In this document: piece by piece, positions 57,301 through 64,000 of the stretch
How the letters are laid out: every line of letters starts with the position of its first letter
Numbering within the stretch: the stretch's first letter is position 1
Assembly: GCF_018977255.1 (NCBI RefSeq)
Contig: NW_024704749.1
Span: 18,786,001 to 18,850,000 of the forward strand
Reading direction: 5' to 3'
Origin: Callorhinchus milii
Lineage: Eukaryota
DNA: 64,000 nucleotides
The notes under the pieces: model-generated
What the model was told of the DNA's origin: nothing
The model's input: the letters and a program-made list of their open reading frames with translations, nothing else
Database searches by the model: none
Translations under genes and position numbers: made by a program

Positions 57301-57364
57301 CCACGAACCTCTCCACTGAAGCTAACCTCAGTTGCAATTTCTCACAAATATCAACCAATTTGTT
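54330..57364 (-). CDS. BSPRY: B-box and SPRY domain-containing protein, last five coding exons (B-box exon not in window)
   Basis: Minus-strand GT-AG exons: 57364-57266 (NKLVDICEKLQL...GKNHSVK), 56755-56525 (ARELIIQRL...EEQRLLE), 55956-55931 (26-nt KLQSDVFER), 55414-55290 (AEEAEGILEPQ), 54856-54330 (PRY/SPRY: IDERT...PERFDYWPNALA...AYKVGVA...FAVADQSIAIIQ). Phases are consistent. Confidence 0.95.
56190..56460 (+). mobile_element. CR1 LINE 3' fragment
   Basis: GTGGAAATCTGGAATTCTCTCCCC...GGCTGAATGGCCTACTCC...TTCCTATG is a typical CR1 3' end. Confidence 0.75.
56790..57120 (-). mobile_element. Older L2 3' fragment
   Basis: Reverse-strand similarity to the L2 3' end (CCCACCATCGGCGGTCGGGCCTTCAGCCTCTC...). 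Other decayed pieces at about 17100-17510, 29170-29425, 42900-43145 and 55640-55900. Confidence 0.75.
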
Positions 57365-60069
57365 CTGCAAAACAAAGTTCATTTCGTGTTTTAACCATGG
57401 CTCCTGTTCCTGTCTTAAAGCAATTGGCTGCCACGTTTCGTCCACACAAACACAGTCAATCCACTTTACAGTATATCCTGTGAAGCACTTTGAGACGTCT
57501 CAATGTCCTAATGAGGCTCTAAATGTATGGATTATTATTATTATGATGTACAGCTTGACAAAACCCAAGGAACCTCGCAGCATGGGGGAGGGGTTGGGGC
57601 ACAGAATTGTGGAAACAAACTCTTAAATTCTCTCTGAAAACCAGTTTCCAACCAGAGGGGAATCCTGGCTCTCCCTCTCTTATATGGTGCTGACTCGCGT
57701 CTCAGACCAGTTGTGTCAGTGCTGGCTGCCGACCAGCATTTAGTATAAGTGGTCATTCTTCAAATCGAGGGCTTGGACAGGGACAGCTGTTAAAGCTGAT
57801 TGTAGGGGAGGTTATCGGAAGGTATTTGCCCTGTTCTCTAATCAACTAGCTACAGGACACCCCCAGTTATTTGCACCTCAGAGCAGAACCAGCACTCCTA
57901 GCCCCCGAAATTCGACCTTGTCTTGTCGAGTTCCATTTGTAGGGGTTTGCATATGTAGAACTCTGTCTGTTGTGAATTTGCTTATGCAAAATGATGGGTA
58001 CTGATAATAATCCTTCCATTTGTTATAACACCTATATAGCACCTTATTGCATCGGGGAGATATCTCAAAGCGCTTAATAGGATTTACTGTAAAGTGCAGT
58101 GATTGTCTATTTGTAGGCGAATGCGGCAGCCAAATTTTGCGCACTGCAATGTCCCACAAACAGCCAAATAGTGAGTGTCCGATTTTATCCGGTACGTCTC
58201 TGCTTGAATCGCAGCTCACGTATCCTGCAAGACAAACAGCAGTTTTCTGCTCACTGGATGATCCAGTCTGAAGCAGTGAGTCGTCAGTTGGCTTCAACGC
58301 ACAGTGGAGGGTCGAGAGATTGCAGAACGAGCGTCAGAGAGAGAAATTTGCAAGGTCGATTTTAATTTTGCTGCGGAGGCTGAGGTCTCGGAAGGTCCCT
58401 GTGTTGAAATGAAAGTGGCGAAGAAAGGCGAGTGCAAGCACTGTGTGAAGCCAGCTTCAATTGCAAACACCAATGCAGCAGATCAGTGTCGACAGGCGGG
58501 GAGACGAGGGCGAGAGACACATTGCTTGTTAATGTCAATCTCAGTAATAACCAGAACACTGCTCATTGCAAAACAGCCTGTGATCCTCACTGCAGTTATT
58601 TATTACCCATTTCAGATAATTAGCAACGGAGCAAAAGCAGGGAGGGGAAAATAGGAGAATTTTTTGAAACAGAGATTGTGGAATGCTCCGCCAATTGCTG
58701 TAGTGAATAATAATAGTAATAATCCTTGTATTTGATATAGCGCCTTATCACGTCGTTGAGACTTTTCAAAGCGCTTCACAGTATATATTGTAAAGTGAAC
58801 TGAACGAGTATTTTGTGGGTTAAGTGCAGCAGCCAAGGCAGAATCCATATCAGCATTCAGGTGAGAACTAGACACATATCTAAAAAAAAATAATAATAAT
58901 GATAATCCCTCCATTTGACATAGCACCTTTCACAACAGGAGGCCATCTCAAAGCGCTTCACAGGATATAATGTAAAGTGCAGCGACTGTGTACTTTGTCA
59001 TCAAATGCAGCAGGCAACTGGTGCATGGTGATGTGCCGCAAACAGCCATGGGTGAGTGACCAATTCTATCTGGAGGATTGTTGGCCAGGATACGGGAGAA
59101 ACTCTCTACCCTTTTCAAAATGTGCCATGGATCTTTGACATCCGCTTTAAGAACATAAGAACATAAGAAATGCTAAACGAAAAGAAGACCAAGGTCCATC
59201 TAGTTCGCTTTCCACCTTCCTGACGGTCGCAGTCTTATAACAAGATAGTATAACATGTTCCCAGCACATTCTATGTGGGTGTTGAATCCAAATAAATCAA
59301 CAGGCTAAGAAGAGAGTTTTTCCCAGTCACTTGAAAATAAACCAATCCTCCAGTTAAATTAGACATTCACTTCCCTTTTTTTTGTGATCCTATTACAGGA
59401 GACATGCCTGCAGACTGTTCTCGTCAAACAGTAACCACCCTACAGCTGTGTTCCCAGTCACAGTACACTATAAACTGTCTAGTAGATGATTTCCTTTTAA
59501 ACACTTGTCCAGAAACAACCCAGGGAAAGAATGGAATCTAAAAATATCCCCGGCGTTCGATACTGCTCCTTATCAAAGGGTTACACGGTAAACATGATTA
59601 AGAATATTGACTGTGTATTTGAAGACAATCGCAGCGGCCAATTTGAACAAAGCAATTTGTCCCACAAACAGCCATCTCAACATCTCATAGTGTTTCACAG
59701 GGATTGTCGCACAAACCTGGTGCCTGCACAGAATTGCTGCCCTGGTAACCAGGTGCCCCAGTAACCTGATAATCTAGTGCCGCGTATCGGAGATTGGAAA
59801 ATTAAACAACTCATTTGGTATATGGGAGACCTGTAAATAAAAGGTAACACAGAATGGAAAGTTCTGGCTCCAACCGAGAATCAGCACACGACAAAGTGAG
59901 CAGTTTACCCCATAATAATGATAGTGAGTTCTTGCAACAATTCTCATCCCCCTTCAATAAAATTTGGTCATCGACTACACGGCTGTCTGTGCGACATTGC
60001 TGTGCGCATATTGGCTGCTGTGTTTTCCTCCAAAATACACAGTTACCACACTTTAAAGTACAATATGGT

Positions 60070-60452
60070 TGAGGGGTCCTGTATGTTAATGGTTAGAGCA
60101 CTCGCCTCACAAGCGAAAGGACCTGGGTTTGATTCCTGAGAAGGGTGAAACATTGGCCAACTTTCTTTACTCCACGGGCCTTTGTTTACCAAGCAGTAAG
60201 TAGGAACCCGCTTGTTAGTTGATTTGCCTATCGCTTTTCCGGGAAAATAATCCCTTAAAGTAAACGTTTAAAAAATAATTTGGTTACTCAATCCACGACT
60301 GTTGTGGGACGCTGCTGTGCGCAATTGGCTGCCGCGTTTCGCCCACAAATATACAGTCAATTCACTTTACTGTATATTTTGCAAAACGATTTGAGACGTC
60401 TCGAAGACGTGATAAGGCGTTGCATCAAATGCAAGGATTAGTATTATTATTA
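60070..60452 (+). mobile_element. Longer tRNA-SINE variant with an extra central segment
   Basis: tRNA head, then TGTTTACCAAGCAGTAAGTAGGAACCC segment, then the shared tail. Related pieces at 13770-14130 (-) and 36730-36975 (+). Confidence 0.82.
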
Positions 60453-62029
60453 TCCTATGAAGTACTTTGAAGTCCTCCCGATGTGAAAGGCACTATATCA
60501 CAGAGATTCCTTTCAGGGCGGTTACTTTAGTTGCCAAAACCAACATAGATCCATTAAAATATATACTCTATTGAGAAATAATATACAGTGGATTGTGATG
60601 TGATGCATTTTAGTCAACAAGAAAACATATCCCATCGCAACACAACCCAATGTACATCTCATTTCTCAACAGAATATATATTTTGATATAGAAATTTGTT
60701 TCACAATTTATATATCACAACGTACATTTTATTGAGAAATCTAGGAATAAACACATTGCGTCACAATATCAAATGCAAGGATTGTTGTTGTTATTATTAC
60801 TGTCGAATATATCAGTGCTGTGAAGCTCTGTGGTATGTTTGCATTCTGCTGCCATAACTGATCCAAACACCGTGACATAATAGCTCCTGTCAAGGCTTCA
60901 AGGCTCTCTTTACTGTTTAAGTACCAATCCGAGTAACATTATCTGTCCCTTGTAACCTTATATTCCTCCACAATCTGAACAGGACTAAAGCAGAGATTAG
61001 ACGTTTCCTGTTAATTAGGGATATACAGAGGGGAGTACGGACAGCTGACCTGAGGGTTTTATTGCTTTATTTATTTATCTTTTTCGTCTACACAGGCACT
61101 GCTGTGACTCTCCATTCACTCTCAGGAAACAACATCTCAGGTGACGGAGGGGTGCACAATATTAAATGGGATTGAAAACACGACCTCAAAAACAATACTT
61201 TCGGATGAACCAAGACAGTAGACTAAGAGGATGCAGGTTTGGAGTTGTAGAGGGCAATTTTAAGACGGACGCCAGTAACTTTTCCTTTACGCAGAGGATT
61301 TTGCATCGGGATTCTGAGCTATGCTCATGGTCTATGCTGACAATCCATTACTGAGGGGAGCGCTGCGCTGTTGGAGGTGCCGTCCTTCAGAGACATTAAA
61401 CTGAGGCTCCATCTTCCTGTTCGGGCGGACATTAAAGTTCCCATGACGCTACTGGAAAAAGAGTTTCTCCTAATGTCTTGGCTGACAAACCCACATGATA
61501 AAATTGGTCGTTCGCTTCAAAGCTGTTTGTGGGACATTGCTGTGCGCAAACTAGACTATTGGGTTCACCTACAGAAAAAAACACAACCATCAAACTTGAC
61601 AGCAGTTACCTATAAAGCAAGTGCTTTGCAATATTTTGACATCAATAGGCACTGTATCAAATGCAAGGATTATTATTATTATTATTATTATCATTATGTC
61701 AATTGTAAAACAAGCTTTAGATTCCCAAAGGTGTGGCTCTCAGCTTGCACTGATTCACAGCGGACGGTTGGTATTGTGCAAGAGCAGAGATGGGGCCGAG
61801 GGAGTGGTGGTAAAAAGGAGAGCGAGAGATCCCGCCTACCAGGGCACTGAACAAACAGAGACTATAGCGTGAGGTCAGATCAAAACTGTTCAATGTTATG
61901 CCAACTCCCCACGGGGAAATGTTGGGAGACTTGACACTGATTAACTTAAACTGTCTCTGAGTCAATGCCAGCAGGCTACACAAGTGCTGGATTGGGATAC
62001 ACTGCTCACTGGAGTCTGAATGATTTGAC

Positions 62030-62300
62030 GTCTTGGTAACCAGGTGCCCCTTGTGATCTAATGCGCTGGTAACTTGGGGACCCAGAGGTCTGATGCTCTA
62101 GTAATCAGGGGCCCAAATGACACGATAACCTGCTCACCAGATTTCGAGTAACCCAATGCCCTCATAACCAAGTAACCTGGTCACCCGAGGCTCCAGTAAC
62201 CAGGGGACCTAGTGACCTGATAACCTGGTAACCAGGTGCTCTAGTGACCAGAAGTCCTGGTAACCAGGTATTCTAGTGACCTTGTAACGAGGTGCACGCC
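62030..62300. repeat. Degenerate tandem repeat with a CCTGGTAACCAGG core
   Basis: Repeated GGTAACCAGG / AGTGACC / GTAACC units; a short related patch at 59741-59790. Confidence 0.7.
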
Positions 62301-63779
62301 TGACAATTCCGATTTAATAGGAATGACAGTGAGGTCTCAAGGGCCTAGGGAGTTGGGCGGAGGCTGGAGCCCATCTCCACGGGCTCTTGGACTGACTCTC
62401 TCCTGCCCACGGGGGCAGTTTCGACCAAGCCTTTGGTCACCCTCCTACCCGCAACTCTCCCCGCCTACCCTCCACCCCCCCTGATCCCCACCTCCAGCTC
62501 GGGTGCAAATCCTTGACTCTACAGTGCCTTAAAACATCCTCCCCCATGTGAAAGGTGCTATACCAACGTCATGTGTCATTGGTGATGGTGGTTTGCAGAT
62601 ATTTGCAACAAAATAAAACTCCACAAGGCTCCACTTTTCTAAATCCCACTGCTTGTTAAACAGACTCTGCCATTGTCCTGCCTCCGAATTGGTCAAGATG
62701 GATGAATAAGTGTATCAGAGACATGCAAACATTACATATAAATGTAACACAACAACAGCTTGCGTTTACACAGTGCCCTTCACTCAGAGCAGCATCTCAA
62801 TGTCCTTGACGGTGGCAGAGGATGGTTGGAAGAACACTGACGTTATAATAATAAACCTTGAGTTTGATACAGCGCCTTATCATGTCGTTGGGACGTCTCA
62901 AAGCGCTTCCCAAAACATTGTAACGTGGACCGACTGTGTATGCGAATGAAGTCTCGACAGATATTTTTCTCATGAAGGTTCCACCTCTTTCGGTGGGGAC
63001 CTGAACTTAATTGGGTGGAACTCTCATTGACCAATTTTTTTTTTTTTTGGTGATTCTCTTTGGACACGATCAAAACTGACGTGCTTCGGATTTACAAATA
63101 AAAGCTCTCTCCGGCGCTTTGACTCCCTCACCGCTTGTTTCTTCTTCTTTTTTTGGGGGGGGGGGGAGGAAACTGCAAAACCTGAAGCCCGGAACTCCAT
63201 CGCCCCCCCCCCCCCCCTCCCCAGAAGAGGTGGCAAAATTGTGGTGGCAAAGGTGGCAAATTGCAAAATTGAACGATTTATTTCAGTTCTAATTTGGAAA
63301 CCAGTTTTGTTTCTGAACTCGAGTGGTCCGTAACTGCAGCCGTACCGGCGCTTTGGGACGTCCTCCCGACGTGAAAGGCGCTCTATAAATGGAATCTTGT
63401 TGTTGTTGCGTTGATGTACACCGCCTCGGGCTGCGCCCCTCAAGTCCAGTAGCTGCCTGCCATGCCTTTCAACCAAATCAGGTCAGGTCACCGAGTAGTA
63501 AGCGCTCCGAGACGCCGTCCGGCGCGGAGGGTGCTATATAGGTCCAAGTCGTTGTCGTCGTCGTCGGTGTTTGTGGAAGTAGAACTGAACCCCGACACTG
63601 TTCCTGCTGCTCAGTTGTTTATCCGGTTCCTTTCTGACCGTTTCTGCTGATCCGACCTCAATGGCCACCCGTGATGCTGAATTCCTGACACCCTCACCCT
63701 CACCCTCCTCGGAGTCGAGGGATTCTTTCCTCGCACCCTCTTCCCTTACCCGGCCGCCCTCCTCTCCCGAACCATTTCT

Positions 63780-64000
63780 CTAACCCCCTCTTTCCCCCTC
63801 TAAACCCCCTCCCCTTTAGCCCCCGCTCCTTCTCGAGCCCCCCCTTCCCTCTCACCCTACTCCCTCTACCCCCCCCTCCCTCTACCCCCCCCTCCCTCTA
63901 GCCCCCCTCCCTCTACCCCCCTCCCTCTAGCCCCCCTCCCTCTAGCCCCCTCCCTGTAGCCCCCCTCCCTGTAGCCCCCCTCCCTCTCCCTCTAGCCCCC
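63780..64000. repeat. C-rich tandem repeat, about (CCCCCCTCCCTCTAG)n
   Basis: Directly visible; runs off the end of the window. Confidence 0.9.

Noticed and set aside
57878-58654. Cys/His-containing ORFs as a candidate BSPRY B-box exon
   Set aside because: No B-box spacing or compatible splice sites in the frames I checked; the exon probably lies beyond the window.

Overview
This is vertebrate genomic DNA, not prokaryotic. The repeat content (tRNA-Ala-headed SINEs with (ATT)n tails, Deu-domain SINEs, L2 and CR1 LINEs) and the compact introns point to a cartilaginous fish, probably a chimaera; that assignment is an inference. Six genes can be reconstructed exon by exon: TPRN (-, first coding exon only, split by an apparent 1-bp frameshift), TMEM203 (-), NDOR1 (+, 14 coding exons, 597 aa), ALAD (+, 11 coding exons, 330 aa), HDHD3 (-) and BSPRY (-, last five coding exons). 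I see no new protein-coding system. The most interesting signals are non-coding: a SINE inside the TMEM203/NDOR1 promoter rewritten almost entirely by A/T-to-G/C changes; a quasi-palindromic minisatellite built of splice-donor motifs upstream of the NDOR1 start exon, interrupted by an L2 with an inverted duplicated 5' end; a covarying 3' stem-loop shared by L2 and SINEs; interlocking ALAD/HDHD3 poly(A) signals; a GC-box minisatellite at the HDHD3 promoter; and Ser at ALAD position 12. Most short ORFs in the track are repeat-derived or random.
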